From the NCBI RefSeq assembly GCF_000143415.4, contig NW_003314289.1:690292-754291 (forward strand): a DNA stretch of 64,000 nucleotides. The letters are read 5' to 3'. This DNA comes from Selaginella moellendorffii (taxonomy: Eukaryota; Plantae; Lycopodiophyta). Of the stretch, positions 12,717 to 25,878 are shown piece after piece (the stretch's first letter is position 1; each line of letters starts with the position of its first letter). A program made the translations under genes and the position numbers. The notes under the pieces are model-generated. The model was not told where the DNA came from and did not search any database. It saw nothing but the letters and a program-made list of their open reading frames with translations.

Positions 12717-15313
12717 TTAGCTTTGAGAACCCAGACCGAAGTCAGTCAACCACTCTTTGAGATACAAAGACACGTTATTGCCACCAATCACTCCACATAA
12801 TGGCTGTATCGCCCCCTCAACTTTTTGCTGTTTCTGTGGGGCACCACTAGGGCGTTGACCGGTAAAATAGTTGAAACCAAACTGTTCTAGATCCTGCTCC
12901 GTATGAGGCAAAACTGCCAGTCGCAGCAGTCCATTCTCTGAAGCAAGATTTATAAGCCTGTTTAAACCTTCATCTTCGTTTTTCCTACAATTCATCAAAT
13001 CGAGAGCACTTGAAATTTCACCTTGAGGAGTTGTATCAGTCCTGGATTTCATCTGTAACAAGCAAGGCATGAGCTGCCGCTTCGACTCATAATCATTGGT
13101 GAGAAAAAACAATGCGTCTGGACGAAAGCCATCCCAGGCACCATCACCAGTCCAGAGAACCGTTGGAAATGAGTCAGCCTGCCCTTCAACGTCGTTGAGA
13201 TACTTCTCAAGTGTATAACAGTCGGCGCCATGGGTGTGATTTTTACCGCACATCTTTGTCACAACTTCTGTTTCAACGCGTGCTTTCACCACCTTTGCCT
13301 TCTCAAAATATATTGCGGGAACTTGAAAAGTGCTGTTCCGCAGTTCCACACTGCGATTCCGAAGAAAGCGAGAAACAAAGTCTACAGGAGCCTTTCCGTC
13401 CAATGCGTCAACCACCATAATCCCCGCCAGCCTATCAAACTCAAGACCCACTGTCGCAAGCTGCTGCTGACAAAACTCATCAAAGCCTGTTGGCCGCCAA
13501 CTACGAAAGTAATGGAAAAGAGCTCGGAAGACAGCAGGCTCCTGAAGTTTGATCCAAGTGTCTCTATCCTGCTTTGCAAAGAACTTATCCAAGTCCTCCA
13601 ACGCAACACTGTTTCCACTGCTTAGCCAGGCTAACCCGAACTCCACAAGGCTCAGAGATGGATTGTTGATGTTGAGTATAGTGGATATGGACCCAAACAT
13701 CTGGTGATACACTATCACCTCTAGCTCCTTGAGCGCTGCAGCATTCCGAGTCCTTTCAAAAAACAGCTCCACATCCCTCAGAACCGTCTCATCCATGTAG
13801 ACTTCCAATCCTGATGTGTTTGGTACACCTCCCAGAGAACGACTGATTGTACTTGAGGTGCATATCTTCTCAAAAAAGGCAATCAGAAATTCTGTTGCCT
13901 GCTCCAAGGGACGCTTACTCCCAATGAAATACTCAAGAGCTGTGACAAAGAACCTGTACCTTCCTTTGTACAAATCACAGACCCTCTGCATATCAATACC
14001 ATCCACACTTTGGAGCAGTTTGCCAGCATAGAGCTTGAAGTCCTCAACAGTGATGAATCCACCAAATCCATGAAAGACAACAACAGAAGCTTTCCCCTTC
14101 AGAGTGGCAGAGATATCCCGTGCCACGGTAAGCATACTAGACCCGCTGCCTGCATAGTAGAATTGTCGAAATCCACTATTTATCAGCGCAGGCACGAGAA
14201 TATCTAGGAACGATCTCATACCACTTCCAAGAGTTACCGAAGAAAATCGCTTTTCCAACCAGCGGTTTATCATCTTGCACTCGTCAAATATGATTGGACT
14301 ATTCCACTTCCCTATTAAACGATCCCTCCCTATTAAACGATCGAGTACCTCCTGGAACTGACCTTCAATGGGTTTCAAATCGTCTTTAGTCCGTATAAGG
14401 TCTAAAAGTCTACCAGTGAGCGCCTTGAACGGATCTTTGAAGTTGTACAAGTACTCGAGCGAAGGCAATGCAACCTGCTTGAAGAGCCATGCTTGACCTG
14501 TCAAATAGCCCGTTTTCTCCACCTGCCCCAGCAAATAAAACCTGCTAATGAGCAAAGCTTTGAGACAGATTGCAGCACTAACTTCTGGAATGTCTCCAGT
14601 TGGATACAGCTCCAGCAACTTTAATGCCACTAACTTGAGATCTCCTGAACCTTCAGCTCCAATACCAGTGTCAGAGACCCCCACGAAGAAGAGCCCACGC
14701 TGCGCTACAGCGATCTCATACAATGTCCTGGTCTTCCCTGATCCCGACACGTTGAAGAGAACGGTAAGGGTCGGCTGCGCTTTGGAAGTTCCCTCTATGA
14801 TACGCTTGGATGCTTCGAAAGGCTGGTCTAGTGCATGCCACAAGAGGCAGGGGCACTCATCTGTAGGATCTTTTGGCAGTGGGACTTTACACGTTGGGAA
14901 ATTCGCCAGAAACGCATCCGCCTTGGGATATTCAAGATTTGGCTTGCGCTATCCAAGAGACTTTCTATATTTGCCACAGTCCCAACTGCTTTGACTGATT
15001 CTGCAAGAAAAAACAACGCAAGTCAAAATTTGCATGAGACACTCAAAAACGGACCAAGAGATCTAAAAAGGAAAGACAAAACAATGAAAGCCTACATCCA
15101 CAAAGGCTTACTCTTGGACTTCAGTAAGAGATCGCACAGCTGCTGCTCCTTCTTGCGCAGCTGCGCCTTGTCGTGGAGCAGCTGCTCCTCCTCCTCGGGA
15201 TCATTTGGTTGCTTGAGTTTCCCCTCAATAATTTGGCCCTCAACCACAGCAATCTGCCGTTGAACTTCCTGGATTTCCCTTGACAAGCCAGAAATCGGAT
15301 CATCCATCTCCAT
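12717..15313 (-). CDS. Crinkler/CR-effector-like protein copy 1: coiled-coil header exon (15313-15112) plus P-loop NTPase and C-terminal PD..QxK restriction-endonuclease-like domain (15000-12717); frameshift near 14945
   Basis: Walker A FNVSGSGKTR (~14730-14756), GSGD motif, Walker B PIIFDE, C-terminal GFRPDALFFL...CLLQMK. Uninterrupted ~2.2 kb reading frame. Intron GTAAG 15111...CAG 15001. A net 16-nt deletion versus copy 2 puts the header out of frame. Confidence 0.72.
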
Positions 15314-17043
15314 GAAACAAACGCCTGGAAACAACAAATGAAAAACCTTTATACCTTTTATCTTATCCTTTTTTAAAAGTTTATCTTTTATATTTTATAA
15401 AACAAATTTCATTTATGATTTATGTTTTTGAGTGTTTGGGATATAAGAATAGATATATTAATTGGGGTTTAGACCCCTGCTTACTGGATGGACTAGATTC
15501 AATCCCAAATAAATAAATAAATAAATATATATATATATATATAAAAATAAAATTAGTGTATATGATTAATGTACTTACATGTTGTGTAAGAGTTTAAATA
15601 ACATTAAAAAAAACCTAGTTTATATATAAAAGTGAGTGATTCATATTGAATCCAATCTGATAACTATCAAAAATATTACATTGTAACTATTGATTTGGAC
15701 CTTAGATAATTCTAAATGATGGAAGGCATTTAAGGTTCATTAATCAATAAGCTAATATATGAAGGAACATTAAGTGGACCTGCCTGTTCTTGATCCTTTG
15801 TATGAAACACAATTGCTATATATCAAACTAAATGTTATAATAAATTTCATAAACTTGTAACCTAATTTACTGTAATGTTTAATACAATTCCTTTTACTGA
15901 GCACAAAGCCCAATGACCCACTTAGGCAAACTCTGCTTAAAATTATAGAAGAATATTTATCAAATACTTATCCCATGACCTAGTATCAATAGCTTAAAGT
16001 TATACTCAACTCCACTATATATGAGTTTATAGAGTTTATATAGTGTACCAATGGGATGCTATGACATATGTATTGGAGGTTTAAATGCTCCAGAATTTGC
16101 CAAATAATAGACATTTAGAAGAGTACCTCAATGACATGAACACAACATTTCCTCATAGTCTATTGTGGTTTGCATTTTGGATCACACTATTATTTTGAGT
16201 AAGAACCAGTTAACAATCCAACTACTTTTCAATTTAAACCAACTTGTAAACCTATTCTTAATAATCAATATACTAAACCGATAAATAAATTGTTATGCAT
16301 TGCATGTAACAATGCTTGGTTTGCTTAATATTAGTGTTATTTGTACTTATTAATCCAATTGAGCAAATAAAGTTTATAATTATAAGCATGTTTGTAATTT
16401 ATAAATACAAGATTAATCTTATTGCATATCAACCACTAGATGATAGAATAAAAAAGAATATACTAAAAAGGGTTTAAGAAAGTTTATAAATTATAAATAC
16501 AAGATTAATCTAAATGAATAATAACCGTTAGATGGTAGAATTTTCTAGAATATCCAAGAATATTTTAGGTATATCCACTACCATTCCAGTCCTATAATTT
16601 TACTTAAGCAAACCAAAACTAAATAAACCATACTCTAAAATATTTAAAAACCACTGTCAATCTGATTTTATAAAAAAGATTAAAACACAACTAGAAACCA
16701 TATATTAAATGAAATTTGAATAAAGTCAATTAACTTTTTAAAAAATTAAATATTAAAATTGAGAAAAAACTAGTTTGAGAAATAAAGCATGTTATAAATA
16801 TGTTTCATATAATTTGGTATTGAACTAATTTAATCCCAGAAAAATAGTGCAAAAAATCTTTTAGTTATATTATGATATATTTTGAGCTTAAGGTTTTATG
16901 ACCATGGAGACTCTCACCCAGATTCTATAGAGTGTGATCTCAAACCATAATTAAAATCTATTTGTGCTTCAATAAGTTAACTATGGAGCATCCTTGTGCT
17001 AAAAGTAATGAAGTGGGATCTGAGTTTTAGGGTTTAAAACCAT

Positions 17044-17460
17044 TGATGTAAATATGATTGTAAGTATCAAAATTTATCCATTGGTGAGTCCTTTCAAATA
17101 TTCTTCTTTTACTACTATAACAGCAAAAAGTCAATGTTGTTGAACTTTTTATTAGTCTCCACCTATGCTAATCGAGAAATTGATTATCACATGTGCACTT
17201 AGACCAGAAAAGCACTAAGGAATGATATTTTAATTTGTCATTTAATCAAGCATATTTGATACAATGATGAAAAACTTATGTTGTTGGTTTGCAGTTACTA
17301 GTGTTAAAAACCCCCATGATATTGGGATGATAATTTATTGTATTTGCTAAGACACCCTTGGTATCATGCCCTATGTGTGTACTATTTCAGATCTATATAC
17401 TATTTATAATGAATGCCTAAATCTGCCTATGAAATGTAAAGAGTGTTTTGAACCCTATAG
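17044..17460 (+). mobile_element. Decayed LTR fragment, same family as the 34931-41208 element, within an AT-rich TE block (~15.35-18.5 kb)
   Basis: AATATGATTGTAAGTATCAAA...GAGTCCTTTCAAATATT...AGTCTCCAC aligns to 40236-40620. Confidence 0.65.
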
Positions 17461-18534
17461 TGTTGTTTTTTGTGTCTTGATTTGCAATCTAGCACCATTT
17501 CATATTTAGTAAATTTTTAAGTTTCTCATTGTATATTTAATAACGAATTTGCCAACTTACCTCGTCCTACTTGGATTTAACTATTCACTTCACGAGTAAT
17601 GAAATGTTACCCATCCATTTATAGATTCCTAAATTCTCTTCTAATCCCCCTTTAGGTTAAATTGGACTTTAGGTTCAATTGCATTCTCCTTAAGCACAAA
17701 TAGCCAAGCACATTAAAACTCTATGTTCCTAACATCCTTTGGTAAACAAGATTTGATTATGGAACCTTAACCTTGAGTGCTTTTATGTTAACACCCTGGG
17801 GGAAACATTATAGCCTAACAACCTAATATAAGTACCTTTACTCCTTTACTTCCATCCTAAAAAAGAAAGCCTAAGCCCTTAGGAAGGAGTAAGGACCAAT
17901 GAACCACATTGTACTTAAGTGAGGGCACCACTCCACATGAGCCAAAAACATCTTTAGGAGGCATCTTTTAACACCTCCTAAATCCATACTCACTCTCACC
18001 AAAGGGCACCAACCCTCAATTCTAATCTTAACTCAGTTAGAAAGCACTAGTAAATAATTCTTTCAAGAGTGGGTCTTGAGCCTCATTATCTTTACTATAC
18101 TTTTGGAACCAAGTGGCCCTTCCCTGAGAGATAGTTGCTTTAAGCTTTCACCCCACAGCCTGTATTAATATAACATTAATCTTAAATTCAATCTCAGACT
18201 TTGACTTCGAATTCGGTTTCAGATTGGATCTCAAACTCGGTCTTGGACCTAATCTCAGATCTCAAACTTGGTCTCAGACTCAGCCTCGAACTCCAATGTA
18301 GACTCAATCTCAAACTCAATATTATCCAATGAACTTTTTATTATTCTGATCATGATTTCAGAATCCTTTAACCTACGACACCTATGGGAATTGATTCCTC
18401 ACAACTCCACCACCCATAGAAGAGTTCAATGCCTACATTGAACATTTTGATTTAATCCCATTGTCTCCAGGGGCATCTCCCTAGTTAGTGGTGTGCCTTG
18501 GTGTGCCTACTAGAGATTTGTTGTGCGTGTGAAT

Positions 18535-19392
18535 CAGTGCTTCAAAACACACCGTGCACCACGGCATGTTGGCATGGTGACACGAACACGGCCCCCAGCC
18601 GTGTTAACACGGGCCGTGTTCATTGACTCGGTCAATGCTCCAAAACATGGCTCCAAACACGGTTGAAACATGGTCAAATACCGTGTGACCACGCCGTGTT
18701 CTAAAACAATAGCTCACGTGGTTAACGTGAGTGTTTTGCGCTTTGATGTTTTCTTGTCTTGCGATCAATCAAAAATTCCTGCGATCAATCAAAAGGTTTT
18801 TCCAGCGATCTATGGCGATTTTCTTGGGCTGGGAATGCCCTCTCTAGGATTCTAGCGCTGGAGTGGGAGGAATGGTGCTCAGCCACGCTTGATTTCACTG
18901 CAAAAAATTCCTGATCATTGTCTCCAGGTTTGTAGATTTTCTCTCCCAAATTTTCTCCTTAAATTGCTTCTGCCATAATTCTTAGCTGCTTGGCACTACA
19001 TCTTTGGCACTGTTTAGCATTTTTGGGCACATCACTTCAAAGAAAAGGAATTGCTTAGCAGTGAGCCGGATTGCAGACTTGGTATTTGTGGCCAGTAATA
19101 CCAAGTTGATAGGGAGCCACACTTCCTATAACAAGTTTGTGGGATTGAGCCAGACAGGAAGTATTCCTCAAATTACTAATGCTGATATTGAAGCTATGGA
19201 AGAAGAGGACGAAGACGAAGATGATGATCCTGCTAATGAGGAGCTTCTAGATGAGATGGAGTGATAAGTAAAATATTCTAGAGAATATTCGTGTTTTCAC
19301 CCGTGTTTATCCGTGTTCATTTCCGTGTTCCATGTTCGTGTTCAAAAAATTGAATGCCGTGTTCGTGTTCGTGTTCGTGTTTTGAAGCTATG
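18535..19392 (+). mobile_element. Non-autonomous hAT DNA transposon (858 bp) retaining a transposase dimerisation-domain remnant
   Basis: TIRs CAGTGCTTCAAAACAC / GTGTTTTGAAGCTATG. Perfect 8-bp TSD GTGTGAAT (18527-18534, 19393-19400). Subterminal AACACG/CGTGTT repeats. 19004-19264 encodes FSIFGHITSKKRNCL...DLVFVASN. Confidence 0.93.
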
Positions 19393-19540
19393 GTGTGAAT
19401 GCTTCGGCATTCCAGCGGTGAGTCATTCGATTTGGCGTGATCTATGCTTGAAATTGGTGCTCGTCTTGTCCAGAGATGTATTGAAGATGCGATCGACGAT
19501 CCAGCTCTGTGCATCCATCGATTTCTTGCAATTGCAATAC
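19393..19540 (+). pseudogene. 3' remnant of the B-box-like gene (paralog of 48877-49473), interrupted by the hAT element
   Basis: Encodes CECFGIPAVSHSIWRDLCLKLVLVLS...IDFLQLQ, near-identical to the C-terminus of the 48877-49473 ORF. Confidence 0.85.
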
Positions 19541-19595
19541 AAGAACCTTTCTTTCCTTGGGAACTAGGGTTTTGCGCTCTGTTCTTCGCGTCGTG

Positions 19596-21525
19596 ATGGC
19601 GGGGATGATGGCGATCGACGGCGTCGACACGAATCTCCTCTTGGCGGAGGCCTCTGATCTCTTCGCGCTTCCAGGTATCGCATTCTTGTCGCGATCGATC
19701 CCGTGCATTTGCCGCGCGCCCTTCCCGAGAGCTCTGTGTCGGATTTCCTCTCGAAATATCCGTTTCCGGTTCTCTCCAGGTAAGATTTCTGGGTCTTTCT
19801 TTGTGGGATCGAATGCGATTGAATTCGTCTTCTTGGACAGGGTTCTATTCACCGCAGGAACTCCAGCGCTTGTGAGAGCAATGCTGTCCAGAAGGTCGTT
19901 TGGACACAGCATGCTTATCAAAATCCTCGTAAGCTCCTTCCTCGCCTTCATGCTACGATTTTAATTTTCTCTGTTTGTTTTTAGCCTTATGCAAATGCTG
20001 GTTTAAACGCGGCATCTCCACAAGTTCGTCGTCTCGCATGCTCCATGTTCGTGAGTAGCAACTTATGTTTTCACGTTTCGTATTGCTCTCTAAGTTTTTC
20101 CCTCTTGGATACCTTCCTAAGTGTCTAGAGGATGGCGATTCAAGTTCTGTGCAAACAGCAACAGATATGTGACAAGTAAACAAGCATACTAGGTGTGTGA
20201 ATGACGCTCATGTTTGCTGGATTTGTTGCAGGGAGTCGAGCGTGGCAAAAGCAGCCATTGAGAAGTTAGCAAAGCCAAGCGCTAGACGTGTACGTAGTTC
20301 TCGATATAAGACATAGATCATCTTTGGTTTCTCCTGATCCGTTGCTCGTTTTCCTGCAGGTTCAAATCCGAGCGTTATCTCTGGCAGCTGGAATCATCGG
20401 ACTGTCGGATGTAGCGGCAGCGGCACCGGTTTTGCAGGTCAACTATTCAATTCTGGCCCAACTCGAAATTCTGAGCGAGGTATATCTTCTTTTCTATTGT
20501 CAAACACTTGTTGTTTCCTAACGGTATTGGTTGTAGCTTGCTGAGACACCTACTGGGGCAAGGCTTCTACTTGCTGGTACATTCGTTTCTCACTCGTTTT
20601 TTTTTTGGATCTAGTGAGCTCGTTCTCTTCTAATTGTCTCTAATACGCTCACTCAGGAATGCTGAAGTGGATAGTATGGTGCGTTCCCGCTCGATGCAAG
20701 TTGCGTCTAGACTGATACAGCCTGGTACGCCTCTCGGGATGACCATGGAAAATCTCGCGAGACGTTCGGGAGATGGGACAGGTATGCAAAGGACGCTGCA
20801 CTAGATGCGCTTAGTCAGCGTAAGTCGTTTCTAGTGTCTGTTGTTTGGATTTGACTACTCTTTTGTCTCTCTTTTATTTTTATCCTTTTTAAGTCCTGCT
20901 GCTTCGCCGTGTGAGGCCACCGGCACCTTATGTCGTCCATTCGGCTTTTAAATCAGAGCTGGTAGGCTTTGAAATTTTCTTTTTCTGTTGCAAAAACGCT
21001 CTCCTGCAGGCTGCTGTTCATGCGTTAGTCGCAGGATTGAGGTGTTCTCCTGGATGAACAAGCTGAACACGTTCTGCGCGATCTCATATCCATGTATCTC
21101 CACAGACGACGCTTTCGGTAAGTCGTCAAACAAACGGCGGAGTTGCTTCAAGCTGTTAGTGCGAGACCATCAACTAACCTTTCGAAAAGCATTTACTTCA
21201 AAGAATGTTATTGCAGGTGTATAGGCTCCTCAATTGTCGTACTGGCTTCCAGAAAGTGGTGTCTGCTGGAAGTCAGCTCCAACGATGGCTTGGTCGATTT
21301 CATCGACGAAAAAGGTAATTGCTCTCTCTGTCTCTCTACGGGATTCAATACACGCAGGTGAGGCACGCTTGGTGTGCTGCTCTGGCCACCGGATTGAGGC
21401 AGCCATCCTGCTAGTGCGTGGCGATACACAGGAAAAGGTTTACTTTTTGTTTTCAGTTGATCCGTTCTCTTCTTTCTCAGCTCGCAGGTGTTAGGACCAC
21501 ATCCAAGCAAGAGACGTTTTAAATG
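19596..21525 (+). pseudogene. PSMD5/Hsm3-like pseudogene copy A
   Basis: Collinear with the intact 29132-31611 gene (introns retained) but with many short deletions, lost splice sites and frameshifts. Confidence 0.88.
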
Positions 21526-22851
21526 GTATGTCTCTTATAGCAGTGCCTTTCATCAAGTTTTGTGGTTTTCCAGCCTAAATTCTGCACTCGCAAGAAAGGA
21601 GCCCAGCTTGGATCATTGCGCGTCCGCACATCATCCGTTTTGTCATTCCTACGTGTTTTTGTTTGTATTTTTTCGTGCTTGCTGGTAGCTGCATCCGGTG
21701 CTCAAGAGGATCATGGCTTGATGACTTGTGATTATTATTTCTTCGCACTGGAAAATCATTTTTATTTAATGCTAGTGTACCTTTGGGGATGTTTGCTGAA
21801 AGCTGTTTCTTACTGCCTCCACGAATTTCCTGCACAAGGATTCAGGATATATGATTTCAATCAAATTAAAATTCAGTAAAATACTTTATATGATTGCAAA
21901 AATAATAATTTACATTAGTGATAAATGAATGTCAAAAGATAAACATGAATACTGTAGATAGCTCTTTTAGAGGTGTAATTGACAAGTACAATCACAAAGG
22001 TTATTCTAAATTTTAGTTAATTAATATGAGAGAGAATATCAAAGAAATTTTTTAAAATTGGTAAAGTATTGTTTTAGTACTAGTTTTTTTTAGAATGGAG
22101 ATATAATGAATGAGGAGTAGATAACATTATTTTGATGTGGTTAGAATGTATTAAATTAATGGTATATCAAGATTAGATTAATTAGATATTAAATTTTCTT
22201 GAATAGTCCAAAATTAATAGTAATAATAAATTAATTTTATAAAATTACAAAAACATTTAATTTAATATTATTTTAAAGATTTTCTTTTAGAATAAAGAGA
22301 AGTGATGGCTCATTCATTATTTATTACAAATAGAAATTTTAAATAATGAAGTCACTCAAAGTAAAATTTCAAATTGTTTTGATAGTTTAGATATTCAAAT
22401 GGTTTGGGCAATTTCTTTTTTGAAATTTTTTAATAAATTTGTTACATTTAAATTCATTCAAAGTAAAATTTCAAATGATTTAAAAAGTCTTGATTTCCAA
22501 GTAGTTTAGGCATTTTAGATTTTATTTTTTTCTCAATAAATGTATTACATTTAAATTTAATAATTAAAATAAATAAAAGAGTGATAGATTTTAGTATGCT
22601 ATTTTAAAAAATTATTTAATCTTTATATTCTAATAACCAAGTAAATTTAACAATTTTATATATTTGTTATAATTTTTCAATATTTTAATTAATAGTTAAA
22701 TTTAAAAAAAAACTAATAGTGTGTTATGTTAGTTTTAACCTCAAAATATTCAAAACTTATAAAACAAGTACAATGAACAAGTTTGTGTTTTATCTACTGC
22801 TTTGTGTGAAAACGTCTGTTGAGAGCGACATTTTAGAATGTCTTACTTTGG

Positions 22852-22859
22852 GCGGGAAA
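22852..22859 (-). promoter_or_regulatory. E2F/DP binding site (TTTCCCGC) in the ORC1 promoter
   Basis: GCGGGAAA on + ends 34 nt before the ORC1 ATG. E2F sites are typical of plant pre-RC gene promoters. Confidence 0.7.
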
Positions 22860-22892
22860 TATTTAGGGCTTATCAGGGTTTCTCGACAGACA

Positions 22893-25868
22893 ATGCGGGG
22901 GAGGAATGCGGGGACGCCGCCGGCTCCCCGTCGCCAGTCGCCCAGGTTTGCGTCTCCCAGCTCGCACTGCGATCCATCACCCAAATCTTCGCAATCACTC
23001 GGCCTCTCTCCAGCCCCGCGCTCTGTGAAGCGCGATCTTGGATTTTCGCCTGTGCTGCCAAGGGCAAGATCGAGGAGAAAGAGCAGGGATGGCGATAGAA
23101 AGTATGTTTCTAGGATCGAATGGAACGATGGCGTGTTTGAGGTTGGGGAGGATGTCTACGTCAGGAAGCTAGAGTCCGCTGAGCGTGATGAGTCTGACGA
23201 GGAAGTGGAAGATTGTAGGGTGTGTGGGAAAGTTGGAGGAGAGGTCATGATCGAGTGTGATGCTTGTCTCGGTGGCTTCCATCTCGGCTGCCTGGAGCCT
23301 CCGTTGGAAGAAGTCCCAGGAGGAGATTGGATTTGTTTCAAGTGTGAGAAGAAAGAAGCCGTGGGGGAAGAACCAAGTCGGCGGAGGCATAGAACTGCGC
23401 GAGAGAGACTACTGGCTAAGGAGCTTTGGGCTGCTCGTATCGAAAGGTGAAAAAAAAAAACTTGTGAAGACCAGCTCGCTAACTTCATCTTTTTCTTTTG
23501 TTGTTCTTCAGGCTGTGGATGGAAGCTGATGGCTCACCTTGGTTTTCTGGAAGATGGTATCTTGTGCCCGAGGAAACTGCTTCAGGCAGGCAGCCGCACA
23601 ATGGAAGCAGAGAACTTTTTCGCACGAAACATGTCGATCACAATGAGGTGCTCGCTCCAAAGGATTTGTTTGTGATTGCTTGTTTTCGTTTCATTTACAG
23701 GTGGAATCGATTCTCAGGCATTGCTATGTCTTTTCCCCAGAAGATTTTTCTAAAGCTAGCAACGAAGGGGATGATGTGTTTTACTGCGAGTATGACTATG
23801 AAATGAAGTGGCACACTTTTAAGAGAATTGTCGACTTGGTAGAGGAGGTACGCGTTGATCTATAAGGTTGTTGGTTTTTACACACAACGCAGGCTGACCA
23901 CGACTTCGAAGAGCACGAGGAGAGTAAGGCTTCGAACAAGAAGCGGAGGTCTTCCACTCCAAACAAAACACCGAACAAAACACCAAAAAGAAAGGTAAAT
24001 GTAGGCTTTACGATGCAAAAGTTTTTTATTTTGTTATATCAGTCTCATACAGAAGTCACTGGATCTGAGGTTTTACGGCGAAAGATCTTTCCCGAAGACA
24101 GTGGAAAGGATTTGACTGAAATCGAAAAGGCAAAGATTGCACTTTCACTTTCAACAACTCCAGGCTCTTTGCCTTGTCGTGAAAAGTACGCGTATTCGTT
24201 TTAGATTTCTGGTCGTGGTCCTGATCTTCGTGAATCAGGGAATGCAAGGAAATTGAAGCTTTTGTAACGGATGCTCTAAAAGAAGGGTTGGAGAATCTTG
24301 GAAAATGTCTCTACATCAGCGGTGTCCCAGGAACTGGAAAGGTATGATAAATTTGCAATGCATGTGATTAATGTTGATGCATGGTATCAATGTTCCACAG
24401 ACAGCTACTGTTTTGGATGTCATGAGGCGGATGGAGAAGAAGCTAAGCACGAAGGAAATCCAGCCATATCGGTTTGTGGCGATGAACGGGCTGCGTCTCA
24501 CGTCGCCGGAGCAAACATACACGGTAATTGCGCAGCTTGACTTATTCTAGGTGTTTCATACAGAGTTTCAGGTTCTTCATGAAGCTCTGACTGGCCAGCG
24601 ATTGAGCTGGAAGAGGGCATTGCAGCTACTCGATGAACGGTTTTCGAACTGCAAATCTTTGGGAGGGGTCGATAGTCGACCCTGCATTCTTTTGGTCGAT
24701 GAATTGGATCTTCTGGTTACGCGCTCACAATCCGTAAGATTTGACTTCATCAAATCGTTGAACATTCTACGGTTACTCGCAGGTTCTCTACAATCTTTTT
24801 GACTGGCCTTGTCGACCAAACTCGCGTCTTATGGTCATCGGTACGTTTTGAATACATTCTGCTGAAACTCAAGGCTTTTTTGTTTAGGAATTGCAAATAC
24901 GATAGATTTGCCTGAGCGTTTGCTACCACGAATTGCCAGTAGAATGGGACTTCAGAGAGTGTCTTTTAGTCCCTATTCGTACATTCAGCTGCAGGAGATT
25001 ATTAGTTTCCGTTTATCAGGGACTGAGGCGTTTGAAAAGGCAGCAGTAGAGTTTGCTTCACGCAAGGTAACGACAGGAACGCCTGACAATTTGTTCTCAT
25101 CGGAACTGTGTTTTGGAGGTTGCTGCTGTATCTGGTGATGCACGACGAGCGTTGGAGCTCTGTCGTAGGGCTGCAGAGCTTGCGGAGTGCCGACAAAAAT
25201 CTGGAGACTTGGAAGGTAGATGTACATGCAATGTTTTCGGATGTCCTGACCGTTGCTCAGAATCCAACACTAGATTGATTGGAATGGCCGACGTGGAGGC
25301 CGCTGTTACGGAAATGTTCCAGGCACCGCATGTTCAGGTCGTCGACTTAGAAAGCTTTGCTTTGTTACTAACATTCTTTCCTTAGGCAATGCGAATGTGT
25401 TCTAAGCATGCAAAAATATTTCTCGTTGCTATGGTTTACGAGTATCACAGGACCGGCATGGTTGAAACAACTTTTGACCAAGTATGTACATGATATTATA
25501 TACATCAGCTATCATCTAGCCAGTAATCATGATTCCAGGTTTCAAGAGCGCAGAGTCTCTTGTGTTCTAACAATGGCGAGCAACCCCCAGACAAAGACGT
25601 TCTACTCTCCATCGGGTACAATTTGTTTTCCGTGTTCACGTGTAACTTGTGGGAACTCAGGTGCAAACTCGGGGAGTGTCGGCTGCTACTCTGTGAAACG
25701 GGGAGTAGGCACAGGCTGCAGAAACTTCAATTAAACTTCCCCAGGTAGTGGAGTTCCCTCTGTGTTTATATTTTCCAATGCTGACGCCCGTCCCTGGCTA
25801 GTGATGACGTTTCCTTCGCGTTAAGAGACTGCCTTGATCTTCCGTGGATCACAAAGTATTTATCTTAA
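22893..25868 (+). CDS. ORC1: Origin recognition complex subunit 1 (plant type: BAH with inserted PHD finger, AAA+, winged helix); many short introns
   Basis: PHD (CRVC...ECDACLGGFHLGCLEPPL...WICFKC), BAH (ELWAARIE, PEETASGRQPHN, GDDVFYCEYDY), LPCREKE, Walker A ISGVPGTGK, Walker B LLVDELD, SGDARRALELCRRA, terminal DDVSFAL...LPWITKYLS*. Confidence 0.96.
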
Positions 25869-25878
25869 TACAACGCCT

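Noticed and set aside
21880-22790. Very AT-rich block with a repeated CAAAGTAAAATTTCAAAT before ORC1; considered as replication origin or Helitron
   Set aside because: No termini or diagnostic motif; cannot be classified from sequence alone.
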